A stretch of 64,000 nucleotides of DNA from Amphiura filiformis (lineage: Eukaryota), in contig NC_092630.1 of NCBI RefSeq assembly GCF_039555335.1, forward strand, positions 31,212,769 through 31,276,768. Reading direction: 5' to 3'. Shown here piece after piece: positions 24,944 to 37,930 of the stretch; position 1 is the stretch's first letter, and the number at the start of each line of letters is the position of its first letter. The notes under the pieces are model-generated. The model saw only the letters and a program-made list of their open reading frames with translations, was not told where the DNA came from and ran no database searches. The position numbers and the translations under genes were made by a program.

Positions 24944-26365
24944 AAAGCCTGGTGGATAGTCACAGCGTTTTCTCGCAGCGGCAAATCGCCGCGATTTCTC
25001 GCCAACGTGTGCGACTTTTCGGTAAAGTGTGCGACTTATCACGCTTTCAATTGCGAGAAAAAAAATTATAGGCTGGCGTTGCCAGTCTATTATAGTGACA
25101 TATGTTGCCTAAATAATAGCGTCTTGTCCGTTTTTATGCATTTTATAACATACTTCGTATGAAGTATAATAGGATACCGGTGATTTTTGAAGGCCAATTT
25201 AAGATTTTCTTTCTGTCTCTCCAGTCTCTTGTGTTTTGAATATTTACCGCGACATAGATCACATGTAGCAAAATAATAGTCTCGAGTCTTGCACATTGGC
25301 CAATACTCCGGCGGAGTCAAACGGTCAGGCTAAAAAACCTAATAGAGGTTATCCGTGTTCTATAAGTTGCATATCCTATCAGCGACTGCTATACCTTGTT
25401 TAGGACTTTCAAAAGAAGTACCTGCATGTGCAACCATCATGACCATGACTGCTTCAAAATAGCCCGCCAAAGTCATGCAGGTAACTCCGAGGTCGTGCAT
25501 TGAATTGGTTTGAATGAGGAATACAACGGGAATCAGCGCCTGAGTAAAGTGGATAACCTCTATAGGCCTGTAGTAAAATATTAATAATAATTATACAGTA
25601 AATGGTAGGCCCTATAGACGAATCCAATTTCACGCATTCCTACACCTCAATGGCAGCCATAGCTGGGTCCCCGTCGGCTCCATCTCACCTAAAATGTGAA
25701 ATGACGCGGCCTTGGAGGGTATTTTAAACTGCATTCTATCACCCGTATTAGACAAAAGAATGATGACAGTTTACAACACAAAAGAATCTAACATTGAATT
25801 TTAAGCGGCTTTAATCCACCCAATTGGGCAATCACAACACCAGTTTGGTGCGGGGACCCAGTAATGGCCGACCAAATCCTGTCCATGATTTGGCTCGTTG
25901 GATTCGTCTATACCACTGAGGATCATGAAAGTAGCCTATAGATCACCGCACATACTGATGTACATACTGACTATTAAATTGCGCTCAAAAGATCTATCTC
26001 TTCCCTGCATCCACACCTTCGATATTTAATAACGAGTAGCAATGGATTGCCAGGAATTCATTTCTTTTGGACATCACGATAATCACCCCGACGTATGAGG
26101 ATATTGTTCGTCGGTCAAGTTCGCCATGATGTCTGTGATTTCTTCATGCTTACTTGGGGCAGAAAATCGCCAGCTAAAATCGTTTCCAGTAGAAAAAATT
26201 TCAACTGGAAATTTTTCTATCGCAACTCCGTCGGCGGCAAAAAATGGACTCGCTAGCGTTTTCCGCTGAACAAGTGCGACAAAGTCGCTGTTAGTCGGCG
26301 GGAAAAAAATCGCGGCGATTTGCCGCTGCGAGAAAAACGCTATGACTATCCACCAGGCTTAACAT
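24944..26365. mobile_element. Non-autonomous DNA transposon, about 1.4 kb with about 65-bp TIRs (aagcctggtggatagtcacagcgttttctcgcagcggcaaatcgccgcgatttctcgcc / rc). No intact ORF; it carries smaller inverted repeats inside.
   Basis: The TIRs are at 24946-25008 and 26283-26365. Inner IRs lie at about 25608/25890 and 25348/25546. Confidence 0.7.
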
Positions 26366-26627
26366 GATAACCTATGCCCCAAGTTTGGTTGCTATGGGAT
26401 TTGTACTGTTCACCTGAGTATTTTATTAAACAGGTTCAAACTTCAAACAAAACTTGCATACATCCACACATCCATTCATCTCGAAAAGTGATCATATAGT
26501 CTCCAGCTTTCAGGCAAGAAAAAAAATGCAGTTTGTACTTCTTAAATATCAATCCTGGGATATTTTAATACATTAAAATATATTAATCATAGGGCCATAA
26601 TAGGTCTTGCAATTCTTGAGTTAAGGG

Positions 26628-27249
26628 GTGGGGTATTAACGTTTGGACAGTATTTATTGTGGGACATTAGAGCACATCAGACACGATATCAAATAATTTT
26701 GATATTTTGAAATTCAGTTCGCACTGAATGTAATACACATTTTATGGCAATTGATTAAAAATTGATATTTTTGATATTTAACAGTATAGTAAACTTTATA
26801 AATCTGATGATTTATACGTAAAGTGTATGTAGGTGGGATGAAAAGCCGACGATCAATTGAAAATTTTGACCTTTTGTATTGAAGATATGGATTTTTTCCC
26901 AAAACACAAAAAAATAGGTCTTTTGGGAAAAAAATCCATATCTTCAATATGAAAGGTCAACATTTTCAATTGATCGTCGGCTTTTCATCCCACCTACATA
27001 CACCTTAAGAATATGTCATTAGATTTATAAAATTTACTTCGAGGACTGTTATATATCAAAAATGTGAAAAATATCAAATTTTGATAACTTGTCATAAAAT
27101 TTGTATTATATCGTGAATTTCAAAAAATGAAAATTGTTTGATATCAGAAAGACATTCTTCGTATTCAGAATGCAATTCGATATGTCTGATGTGCTCTCAT
27201 GTCCCACAAAAAATACTGTCGAAACGCTCATACCAGATCCCTTAAGGGC
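26628..27249. mobile_element. Giant foldback element copy 2
   Basis: It has the same arms as copy 1 (gtatgtaggtgggatgaaaagccgacgatcaattgaaaattttgacc… / rc), with a centre near 26915. Confidence 0.8.
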
Positions 27250-29207
27250 AAAGCAAATAATATTATATATTCAAACAAAATAATACCCCTTATATCAAGC
27301 ATCAGGATCTCCTTATAAAACCTATACCATTCCTCTTGTGTGTCAGCTTTAGTTGTCACAATATTTGAATGCCAACACCACTAGGTCATATTCCCCTCTG
27401 ACCTGCCTTCAATCTGTGATGTTTTTAGGAATAAATGGTATATTTATAGTAAGGTAAATATGACCAAATTGCAATTAAATACCGAAAAGATAATAACTGG
27501 TAGACCAACAGGTGGTGATTGTGAGTACCATGGTGTAAATATTATTTGAGTTATTTTGGAGCTACTCTACAAATTGATTTTGGAAACCTGTGTGCACATA
27601 GCTGGGTGAAACGGATTTACCGAAACGGACTTACCGATGGCCCATTTTCACTTTTTTTTTTAATGTCAGAAATAAAGGAAAAGTTGACTCAAAATGTAAA
27701 AAAGAGAGAAATTATGCGCAGCACAAAACTTTTTTATCAAATACATTAGAAAGTGAAGAGAAATTGCGTGACACTGCACCAATACAGACAAGAGGACAGT
27801 ATATTCCCTAATCTAATTGTATTCAACAATAAGGGTGGAATAATTTCAGTAAAGCACAATAAAACTTTAATGAAGACTTTTCAGTACTTTTTATTACAAA
27901 TATTTTAGTACGCACGTTTAATTATATCAAAATATATGTACATTTTTACATGATACATACAAGGATAGAATCATTGTCATCTAAATATACTTTTAGAAGC
28001 ACATAATAAGCTTAACATAATAAATCAATGGACAAGTTATTTAAATAATACTAATTGACTCCATTATACTCAATTTCTTAAAGACCCATTCAGTGATCCC
28101 AGCAAAAGTGTAAAAAAATAAATAAAATTATAAATCGCTTTAAAATGAAGGATAAGTCATTCAAATTGTCATTTGGTATTTCTGAAATAACAAATTTGGC
28201 AAAAAACTAAGAAAACAGCAGTATTCACAAGTTGAAGCTCCATTCAAATACATGTAGCTAATTTATATACTGTCAGTATATAAATTACAGATTCATGTAA
28301 ATTCCTTATTTTTGTCTTTTTTATACAGCTTTCGGCTGAACCACTTGCAGGCTATGTTAACACATATTATAACAATGACAAAGGTATCAAAATCTGAATT
28401 TTGATGATTTTTACGATCGTCCGGATGAGCAAATCACTGAATGGGCCCTTAATTTTCCTTTAACTTTTTGCATTTCCACATTTCAGTAACCACTGTTGCC
28501 TGTTTCGACACTTGATGAGAAGTGATTGCTACTGGCAACCGCCACTAGATGAATTTCAAGTGCTGATCTTAGAGTTGCCAGTTTGTTTTTCTGGTGAAGA
28601 TTTTCTTGATGCCTGTTACAGAAACTCATTGAATGTGAGAAAGTTTAAGGTGTCCTTCATTTCTGTTCAGGTGGTGCCCTCCTCTTTGTTATTTCTATAG
28701 ACTCCTAAATACAGGACCTACCTTGCTCCATGCCAATGACTTTACATCCCCAATCTGATGACATGATTCTTATCAAAATAAGATCTGTGATAGCAGATTC
28801 CTTTCTGATTCAAATCCTGGACAAAGAAGGATAAACAAATAAGAAAGAGGGCACCACCATGAACAGAGATGAAGGGCAATATGAACTTTATCACATTTTC
28901 GAAAATCCCCAGAAGAAAAAAACAACTGACAAATCATAAGAAATCCAACTAATATCAGTTGTAGTCAATTCATATCAAGTGTAAAAAAGGCAACAGTGAT
29001 TGCTGAAACACATGCAAGTAACTGCATTTTCTGGATCAGATACAAAGTTTACTCTACTGATCCTGATAAACTTATTAAATCAGGAAAGATCATGGAAATT
29101 TTAGAAACTGCTGTCCATTAGGTCATAAAATAAAGATTTTGCATCCAGTAACAACATCTTGCCTGACTGTATGGAGCAGCTTCTTTCTACATTTTGTAAT
29201 CACCACC

Positions 29208-29452
29208 AAATGAATACCTGAGTGGAAGAAGGGCCCAAGTCCATTTTACAAAAACGAGTTTTAAAAGATCTGTACCGTTGCCATTGCAACATATATCATT
29301 TCACAAGTATGTTATAATGTATCCTCATGTACCAGTACTAAAGGTGCCCTCAAGATGAAAACAATCTGTCTCTTAAAACTTGTTTTTTGTTAATACCTCA
29401 CAAAAAGTGTTGATGGAGTTGGGCCCTTCTTCCACTCAGGTATTCAAATGTA
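29208..29452. mobile_element. MITE (~245 bp; 31-bp TIR aatgaatacctgagtggaagaagggcccaag / rc)
   Basis: The TIRs are read directly. Confidence 0.7.
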
Positions 29453-29873
29453 TGGTCCAACATAGTTGGCATCTGATCGAGCTTGATAGCCTGCAGATGT
29501 GAAGACCACAGCACTACAGCAGCCATAGTGTCACCTGGCACTACAGGAGTGATTTCTTCCTAAAATCAGTCCCTAGCTTACAGGCCTTGATTTTGAATCA
29601 TGGGTAATTTTTGTGAGTAAAGGGCAACTTGTAAGAATATTTAGCAGGCTATGCTGAGGTTGATTCTATTCGACTGACAAAGGCTAACTGCTAAGCGAAT
29701 CAACAGTTGGATTTACTGCTGATAGAGCTCATTTTCAGACATAGGTGTACATGCCAGGCATCATGTTAATGTGTGTGCGTACTTTACAGAAGCTCCGACC
29801 TTAGCGACTAGCTGCTTAGTAACAATATTCCATAGCATGATTGGTTTAATTTTCAAATCATGTGTTGTTTAAA

Positions 29874-30176
29874 AAGTTATACAGTTCGTCGGTCGCAACA
29901 CATAGTGGCGTAGAGTGATTTTCCAAATTTCCCTGTTTCACATAGTGGCATATAGCTTTAGAGCTAACTATTATCCTATAACAGTTATTCCTGGTTAACT
30001 ATTAAAGACACAGTTTAATAGTTTGAACCTTAAACTTCAATTTCAAATGGAATCAGGCCACTGAGAGATAACAGAGAAGTATAGACCCTGTTACTAGTAG
30101 CATATCCTTCAAAAACGATTTGCTCGGAAATGTATTTTGTCCTTCACGTACGCCACTATGTGTTGCGACCGACGAG
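29874..30176. mobile_element. MITE (~300 bp; perfect 28-bp TIR ttcgtcggtcgcaacacatagtggcgta / rc)
   Basis: The TIRs are read directly. Confidence 0.75.
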
Positions 30177-30410
30177 TTGTGTTATGCTTGTGGGTCGCAC
30201 TTGTTGATCCCATGTGTGTACATGTCATATCCAAGAACTAAAAAACAGTAATACATAATTACAATGTCATTTTCCAGGTTGTAAGGTACCATAAGCAAAA
30301 ACCATTAAGTAAAGCACTGTTCCTGTAACATGAGCAAGCATGTTAATTCGGAATGGTAAAAATTGTTTTCATTGTCCATTTCTGAACCCAAGTTCAGATT
30401 ACAGTCACTG

Positions 30411-30518
30411 CTATAAGCCCATTAATGTTTTTGCTTCATTGCCTTGCTGTATCAGTGCTTCGCTTGCATATTTCTCCAACAGTTCCATCTTCTTTCTTCT
30501 GAGAAGTGCTTCTTCAAC
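30411..30518 (-). CDS. ISY1: ISY1 terminal coding exon including the stop (VEEALLRRKKMELLEKYASEALIQQGNEAKTLMGL*)
   Basis: It matches the human C-terminus IEEALVRRKKMELLQKYASETLQAQSEEARRLLGY. The acceptor is tgttttag| and the stop is TAG at 30411-30413. Confidence 0.88.
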   Translation of the reverse strand, partial: VEEALLRRKKMELLEKYASEALIQQGNEAKTLMGL

Positions 30519-30649
30519 CTAAAACAATGAAGCATAGCAATACCAACAGTTTAGATCAACAAGTTATTCAGAGACACTCAATTCAATCAGATTAAGAATG
30601 TTTATTCATTCAAAGTGTGATGTCAGAGAGGGGCAAATATCATCTTGAC

Positions 30650-30866
30650 CAAGATTGACCTTTTCGTTCGGTAAATCCCATAAGCCTTTGCGTGTACATT
30701 TGAGACGATGTCGTCATTTGACATCACGCCGACTTGCAATGCGCAGTAACTATGTTGACTAAATGATGTGCAATCGCTAAACGATCGGCGCAGATCGGCA
30801 TTACGTCAAATGACGACATCTCAGGTGTACTTGCAAAGGCTTATGGGATTTACCAAAAAGGTCAAT
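30650..30866. mobile_element. MITE/hairpin (~215 bp, almost fully palindromic; TIR ttgaccttttcgttcggtaaatcccataagcctttgcg / rc), in ISY1 intron 8
   Basis: Nested IRs are present (gtcgtcatttgacatcacgcc / ggcattacgtcaaatgacgac). Confidence 0.7.
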
Positions 30867-31173
30867 TGGCAAGATGTTGGGACATTTTGCATGTACATTC
30901 AAAATGACACCTTTATTATTGTGCATTTCTTGCTACAGAGACAAATGACCCATTTTGCTTAATTTTATCACATATATACCACTTGGCAATATTTGAGCAA
31001 GTAAAACAAGCATATCACCTTGGGGAACATGTAAATTAAGGACAAAGGACATGTTCCGGTCAATTTCTACATAGACTACAGATTGAATTTCTTTAAACAT
31101 CATGATGCCCTTATTGTTTATTGACCTCATTTTATGTTATTAGTACATGAGCTACATATCTTGGTTTTCTTAC

Positions 31174-31266
31174 CTCCTTTTGTGATGGTACTGGTACATG
31201 AGCTACATATCTTGGTTGGCCTTCCTCTCCTTCTGTCTCTTTGCTCTCATCATCTTCACCCTCAGA
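31174..31266 (-). CDS. ISY1: ISY1 coding exon (SEGEDDESKETEGEEGQPRYVAHVPVPSQKE)
   Basis: It matches human …QQKFIAHVPVPSQQE. The acceptor is tttatttttttag| and the donor is AAGGAG|gtaaga. Confidence 0.85.
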
Positions 31267-31494
31267 CTAAAAAAATAAACACAGATGCATGAAATTTATA
31301 GAAGAAAAAAATCACTCAAAAACACAGAGTAGTCCTATCCACCTAATTTATTCAACCCTTAACTAAGCTAATGTACCACTCATACCCAACAAGCATTTGA
31401 ACTCATCCCACATCTTATAAACACCATGAATATGTTCTTATTACTTTTGGCATTTTCTTCTACAGGACATAAACCAACTGATTTGATTCAGTGT

Positions 31495-31697
31495 CACACT
31501 ATAATTTGGTTCATCTCAAGTTTGGTAGTGACGTATGTGCATATTTCCCGTGCTGCAGAATCAAATCATGTGCGTAAAGTTAAACGCTCTAAGTGTGCAC
31601 GCATGCGTACATGAGCGTTTTGTTGGCACGCTTGCAGCGCAACTGCGAAGAAGCATTGATGTGACCACCAAACTTGAGGTGAACCAAATTATACAGT
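31495..31697. mobile_element. MITE (~200 bp; TIR cactataatttggttcatctcaagtttggtagtgacgtat / rc), in ISY1 intron 7, 35 bp from the exon at 31732
   Basis: The TIRs are read directly. Confidence 0.7.
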
Positions 31698-31731
31698 CCA
31701 ACACAGCATAGTAAGTTTGAATCCTATTTAC

Positions 31732-31847
31732 CTCTGAATCTTGAGTGACAGCATAGATATCATCTTCCTCCATTTCTTTGGTGACTTCTTCACTGAGTAA
31801 ACCAGCTTCCTTTTTGGATTTCCACTCACTCACGGATGCAGCTACAA
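31732..31847 (-). CDS. ISY1: ISY1 coding exon (IVAASVSEWKSKKEAGLLSEEVTKEMEEDDIYAVTQDSE)
   Basis: It matches the human acidic region that ends …EEEEINIYAVTEEESDEE. The acceptor is ttag| at 31848-31850 and the donor is GAG|gtaaat. The boundaries are anchored to ORF-track entry 31561..31881. Confidence 0.85.
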
Positions 31848-32631
31848 CTAACATATATGGAGAAAAAGATAAAATAAACAAACTTCAAGTTGCAATGTAC
31901 TAGATGCTAAATAGGTCTTTCACAGACACACATGCATACAGATCAAAATCACACACATGTACATGTGAACTCCCTACCTTATGGAAATCACACACATTGT
32001 GAATATTTTCCAAGTATTTTCTGTGTGGATCAAATTTATCTCCATACGGTTGTACCTTAACTGGCTCCACATGGCATACCCAATGGGACCGCACACCATC
32101 AAAAACTCCACAGAGTAAACCCCTGGAGACTGTTAATTTATTGTTGCAGGGACTGCCTTTTGTTGAGAGCAAGAGCAATCACACTCTGCTGCTCTCCTTA
32201 AATCTGATAATGGAGAGTGATTTTTAGCTCTTGTTAGTTGACCATTCTCTCCATATGTTCTATTGTAAATGCTCTAAACAGCTCTCCTTGAAGGCCCCAG
32301 AAGAGCTATTTATTGCTCTCCTGCAAATTCCAAAAGACAGTCCCTGTTGTTGCAATCAATTTACAGCAATATCTAATGCCCTGTAGTGCATTTTCCTTAA
32401 GGAGCATTGTTTTTTTTCTCCACAATAGAAAAATCTCCATAAGGTTGTTCCAAAGCCCATACTTGACTCCACATGGCATTAGCAATAAGACCACTGACAC
32501 ATATAATTGCAAAATCACCAAGACTACTATTATAATTTATATACAATAGATCGATTGGAAGACTCATGTGAAAATAAATAAGCAAAATCACATGCTGTGT
32601 GGAAGCCTGAACAATAACAGTTTTATCTTAC

Positions 32632-32754
32632 TATTTTTCTCGTGTTCATTTTCCAGTGGCACCAAAACTCCGTCATCCTCATCTCTGTAACCATAGTAGT
32701 CAGCATCAATAAATTTCATCATCTCACCTCTGGTCTTCCGAGCTGGTGGAGGAG
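32632..32754 (-). CDS. ISY1: ISY1 coding exon (PPPPARKTRGEMMKFIDADYYGYRDEDDGVLVPLENEHEKN)
   Basis: It matches human PLPPPRKTRAELMKAIDFEYYGYLDEDDGVIVPLEQEYEKK. The acceptor is tttctgttgtcag| and the donor is AATA|gtaaga. The boundaries are anchored to ORF-track entry 32588..32818. Confidence 0.88.
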
Positions 32755-33337
32755 CTGACAACAGAAATGATTTGACAATAACAAGTGAACTAAACAAGAG
32801 TAACAGTGCTGGTGACATAAGTGAAAGTTAAAAATATAATGTTGACATAATGTTGACAAAAAGCCATCATATGTATACTTTATCACTGAAATAATATTTC
32901 AAAGGCAAACATAAAAACAATGGCAATCACTTGACAGCTGAATTTCAGTTGAAATATTTTTAAAAATAAATTGAATTCAGCAGCAAAATCAAATTTTGTT
33001 CCATTAGCGGATATTTCCTTCTGACTTGTGAGTACTGAGTAGTACCGGAATGGGAATTCAAACTTCCATATTTTGGAAACATTACATTTGGGTAATCCGT
33101 TCCTGACTATATTGGCTGTTTAATATACATTGTAGAGTTCTATGAAGCTTCATGTGTGTGAATTATGATATAATGTCAAAATTGCTATGTTTAAATGAAA
33201 AAAAAAAAACACAACAAATTTGGCTAATTCCATTTAGGTGTAAGTTGGGACATGTGTAAACATTACAAATATGACTTTAATAAGAATACTAAGGTCTTCA
33301 GCAAAATAGTTGATTTATTAATTGAGAGCCTACTTAC

Positions 33338-33455
33338 GTTCTTGTTCAAATAATTCCCTGACCCCTGGTAGATCCTTAGCAGCACCAAAATATTTATATC
33401 CTCTATTGCCTGGAACCTCCTTGCCTTCACTGTCCAGCATCTTAGGACCAACTTT
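33338..33455 (-). CDS. ISY1: ISY1 coding exon ([39 protein letters not shown])
   Basis: It matches human [40 protein letters not shown]. The acceptor is ctttgactttacag| and the donor is AAC|gtaagt. Confidence 0.88.
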
Positions 33456-33554
33456 CTGTAAAGTCAAAGAGTTGAATCACACAGGTTATTCTCCATAAAA
33501 TTGTTTATGTATTTTCTACAAATTGCAATTTCCTTACATGTGTATGATTGTTAA

Positions 33555-33900
33555 GGGGGTACTACACCCCTGTCCAATTTTGTGCCTATTTTTGCATTTT
33601 TCTCAAAAATTATAGCACATTGGTGACAAGTAAGATATGTATATTATAGGGGCAAGGACTAAACTACTGCACTGACAATTCAGCAACTCAAGGCAAGTAG
33701 TTATTGATTTATTGATCAAATACGGGTTTTCCCTCATTTTTGACTGTAACTCCACAACTGTTGTCCGTGCTGAAATAAAATTTCCAGTGCAGTAGTTGCA
33801 GTCCTTAATAATATACATATCTTACTTTTCACAAATGCACTATGATTTTTGAGAAAAATGCAAAAATAGGCACAAAATTGGACAGGGGTGTAGTACCCCC
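33555..33900. mobile_element. TTAA-flanked MITE copy 1 (piggyBac-like; TIR GGGGGTACTACACCCCTG…CAGGGGTGTAGTACCCCC; internally a long palindrome). It sits in an ISY1 intron.
   Basis: TTAA is present at 33551-33554 and 33901-33904. The element is about 346 bp. Confidence 0.8.
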
Positions 33901-34796
33901 TTAAGTGCCACATAAATGAGACATATTTATCAAAACACTTTATTCAATATCAAATATATTTTCACTGTTATGCACATTATGTGTTTATCACTGCTGCCAT
34001 AACACTCACACAAACACCCACCTGCACACACACCCCTCATGCAATCCTTTTGTATGCCCAACAGCCCTCGAATTAAGGATCTGAAGGGGCACGGCAACTT
34101 TTTTAGGGCAAGTTGATAATTGCCGTGGATTTTCACTGAAAAGGCAAGGCAGCACGGCAATTTGTAATATTTCAAAAGGGCATCAAGGCAACTGTTGAAA
34201 ATTTGAGAAGGGCACCAAGGCAATTTTTCAAAAGCGAATAGATGCATTACCGTCAGCTGAATTCGACACCAAAATTCGACTCTCAACTTTACACTAAAAC
34301 TAACCTGATTGCTTTAAAAAAAACCTGCTTTATAATACAGTTTAATTCACTTAAATTTTGCGATCCCTAGTTCTGAGCTGCAAAACTGACTCGAAATGTA
34401 GCGATGAAACAGCTGTAACTTTGGTAATAATATTGATCAAATTCGCCGGGATAAAAACTATTTCGTGCAAAACATATCTAGAGATGGGCTCACATGTACA
34501 AGATAAGACGATACCGGAAGGGTATCGCCATCGGTTTGCAATGGGAAGTCAATGTTTGATAATCGAGAGAACAATTGATTTGCCCAGCGCTCAGATTTTG
34601 TTCACGACACGATCGAGGTCGAGGAAGCTATAGTTACTAACAGCGTTTCTGATTGGTAGATAGTACGTTGAAGGTATTTCTCTGACCAATCGAGAAAATG
34701 AAGTCAGATTTCTAGTAACCAGATAATGTATAAGCCGATGTGATTGGCTGAATATGTAAGCTTACGTAGGGGTAATGAATATTAATTCACAACAAA

Positions 34797-35176
34797 CTAT
34801 TGTGTATTCTGTCGGTCCGTGTCACGTCACTTCCGGTTGATGATGTTCGAGTGAAAACAAGTCCCTGATTCGATTTTTGTTGATGATTTCTGTCATTGGT
34901 GTAAATGTAAATTTCGATCGCAAATAGTCAGTGGAATCAAACAACCGTTTCTAAGTCTTAAGAGTGAAAGAAACTTACTTGATTTACCGTTTATATACTG
35001 ACAAACTTAAAATTAAATTCCATGGTCGAGTATCGCTTTTTTTTTCCGAAATTGAATGCCACTCCAGCAACATCGCTATGTAGCCTCCTTCACAGCCGGT
35101 TTCTGTTGTTCACAACAAACCGTGCGCCACATGCAGTTTGGGCCCGAGACTAGAGATAGCCCGGATGTTCGACCGA
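34797..35176 (+). mobile_element. Short TIR element (~380 bp, TIR ATTCTGTCGGTC…GACCGACAGAAT; internal TGACGTCA and CTTCCGG motifs). A second, inverted copy is nested at 55868-56262.
   Basis: The two copies are about 90% identical over the full length. The termini are defined by where the homology stops. Confidence 0.7.
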
Positions 35177-35867
35177 CAGAATACTGTGATTGATAGCTGG
35201 GTTACGATGCTCAAAATAGTGATCATGTTCAAGATTTTCGATTTAAATTTCCACAATTTTGCTGGGATTTAACTAACCAGTACTTGTTAATGATTTTATA
35301 ATGAAGGGACAGGGCTGGCGGCTAGGGCACCCACGGCAAACTTCATTTAGGGGCGCGACAAGTGACTGCCGTCGATAAAGGACATATTTTGAGGGCATTG
35401 CGGCAATGGGGTGGGCACCACGGCAATATGCCGTCGGTGCCGTGGGTTAATTCGAGGGCTGATGCCCAACACTTGAAATAGATTGTTAAAATGAAGCTTG
35501 TTCAAAATGGATCAAATCATGAAATGAATCTATGTTGTACTAATGGCTAAAATGTTGTGATGGCATATGCTGCAATTAAATACAAACTTTGCAGGATAAC
35601 TGCTGAATGGTGGCTACCAATGAAACAGAAATAAAAGGTGGGATGAATTCCTTTTACAAACTTTGTGTACTTTAAGCATACAGCGTGTAATTATGCAGCA
35701 CTGCCAATTGACTACTTGTGTGATCTACTGAGAGTCAACACCAGTTTGCAAATGATGACAGCAAGCGCATACTCCTTGTAAAAGGAACCCGGATTGATAG
35801 ACAATATGTAAGCAAAAGGAGAAGAATGTACAGTGCTGCTGCAATTCAGCAATGAAGTTAATTTTAC

Positions 35868-35980
35868 CTTATAGTCTGGACCTCCAAGTTCAACTATACG
35901 TTGTTCCCAGTGTCCCTTTTCTCTTAAGAGCTTGTTGATTTCATCATTGAGGTCTCGTACCCTGAACTCCCCTAAACCGG
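35868..35980 (-). CDS. ISY1: ISY1 coding exon ([38 protein letters not shown])
   Basis: It matches human [37 protein letters not shown]. The acceptor is tgttttatgacag| and the donor is AAG|gtaaaa. The boundaries are anchored to ORF-track entry 35712..35987. Confidence 0.9.
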
Positions 35981-37769
35981 CTGTCATAAAACAGAAAATA
36001 AATGATTAGTAACTTTGTTGAGTGAACCAGGTGGAATAACAACCACAACCAGGGAGGTCTATTCTTCTGGAAAATTTAACTTAAACTTATTCCCTTGTGC
36101 TACCCTGCTGTGGTCACATCAGTCTCTAGATTCTTTCCCATCCTGGCTCCCACAGAAATGCACCCAAAAGGGAAAATATTATTTGATAATTAACATTAAC
36201 TTTGATATACTCCTTAAATTCAATCTTCCCTACAAACCTCAAATTCATCCCTGGATGGTGCAGTCTGGACACTGAACCACCATTGCATCAAAGGAAAGAC
36301 TAATGGTTCAAAGGGAAGACAGATTAGGGACTGTAAAGCACTTCTAGGCTCTTTATTATTTATAAAGCCTTTGACATTCTTCTGAAGATGGTAGTCTCAT
36401 GGCAGATTTTTTTAAATCCTCTTGAAACTTCTTTTTTTTTGTGTGCATGTGTTTTGTCTCCACTTGTTTTTTTCTTTCAAAACACAAAATTCTTCCCCAA
36501 AAGGCTAAAATTATATAACAGAAGAATAGACACCCCTGCTAACAACACTATATCTCCTTCAGTGTATACTCCCTGGAATTCTAGAAATGTGATTCTATTG
36601 AGCTCTTTAAAATTGCCCTGTTTGTTAATATTTCAGCTTTAATAATATTTGTGGGTGCACAGCAACTTCAGCAAGTACAGGCTTCACACATTTGGGTATG
36701 AAGATTTGTTCCAACACTCCTTACCATGCATGTATAACCTCCATGTATGTAGTCATCAAACCAGTGTTTTTACTGTGTCTAAATCTCAATCATGATATTG
36801 ACCAATACAAATTTACCATTAAAATCCGATTAATTAGTTAATAGTTCATTAATAACAAACATCAAAGCAACATCAACAGTCAATCCACAGATCCAACATA
36901 TTTGGTTGTGGTGCCTTACTTACCCTGCATAACCATACACTCCAAATGCATTGTCAACATGTCATTGTGTATAATGAATACTATTACTGTATGTACATCA
37001 ACAATTTTTCACATGCATACCTTGATGACAAATTTCCAGAGGAACATTATAGACAAGGGCTTAGGCAGCCAGCCGTGTAGGGAGTGTTTTACACACCCAA
37101 ATTTGTAAATACACACCCAGTTTTTGCCCACATGGCCTATACTTTTTACACAAATCTTAAATTTACACACCCAGTTTTTTGAATTTACACACCCAAACCT
37201 TCAAATCCTGCCTAAGACCCTGATTATAGAACAGCACTTTTTAAGTGTTTTATCAAGAATACGATAGTAACAAAAACACCAACACACATGAAAAATAAAT
37301 GCATGCAAATACATTCTATTTTGTAACTGTCAGTAAATTGTCCTATTTGTTGCACAAATCAAGACAAATTATTTTAGTTTCTATTGTTGTCCATCAGTGA
37401 CCTTCCTGTCCCCTCATGCTCTGTAAATTGTGACACTGAACCATTCATGATGAATGATCTTACAAAGCTTGGTTCTGAAGTTAAAAACATGTTCTCATTC
37501 TCCAGGCATTAGCCAGAGGGGGGTCCAGGTGTCATTTGGACGTCCTGTTTTCAATTTGGACACCCTAAAATTCTGATTTTTATATTGGAGTGAATAGGAA
37601 GTAGACACCCTGATTTTGTAGAATAAGGTATTTTTGACCATCTTGGACACTCTAAGGACACCCCTCTGGCTAATGCCTTGCTCATACTTATGAATGAAAT
37701 TTAAGTTGTGAAATTTATATGATCACCACATGGAAGTCATCATTACAGAAAATAAACTAGAAAACTTAC

Positions 37770-37930
37770 CATTTTGAATTTGTGCTACTTTCCTTGACAC
37801 TTCTGAAATAATTTGCCTCCTCCACTTCTCTGCTTTGTGTAGATTGTCACACTCTGTTGCTAAATATGGCCTCCTTTCTTTCACCTTGCCCTCCTCCATT
37901 TGGCTGTTACGCCACCTTGCCAGGGTGGTC
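37770..37930 (-). CDS. ISY1: ISY1 coding exon ((M)TTLARWRNSQMEEGKVKERRPYLATECDNLHKAEKWRRQIISEVSRKVAQIQN)
   Basis: Its translation is close to human ALARFRQAQLEEGKVKERRPFLASECTELPKAEKWRRQIIGEISKKVAQIQN. The acceptor is tttataag| and the donor is G|gtaagt. The boundaries are anchored to ORF-track entry 37723..37977. Confidence 0.9.

Noticed and set aside
25090-25320. 76-aa ORF with CxxC pairs (…CKTRDYYFATCDLCRGKY…) inside the 1.4-kb TIR element, considered as a transposase or zinc-finger remnant
   Set aside because: It is too short, with no DDE/DDD or other catalytic motif recognisable by eye, so it is treated as non-coding interior of a non-autonomous element.
31900-32591. Two ORFs with a shared motif (W.CHVEPVKVQPYGDKF and WALEQPYGDF) suggesting a duplicated coding exon
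   Set aside because: They are in ISY1 intron 6 with no splice-site or homology support. More likely a local duplication of non-coding sequence, and I could not assign any protein family.
32588-32818. ORF with a hydrophobic start (MSPALLLLFSSLVIVKSFLL…) resembling a signal peptide or TM segment followed by an acidic tail, initially compared with p23/PTGES3-like tails
   Set aside because: The hydrophobic part is intronic, upstream of the tgtcag acceptor at 32755-32760. The downstream part is ISY1 exon 32632-32754.
33603-33818. ORFs 33603..33818(-) and 54441..54662(+), which encode near-identical 71-73-aa peptides
   Set aside because: Both lie wholly inside copies of the TTAA-flanked palindromic MITE. 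The similarity comes from repeat homology, not from a gene.
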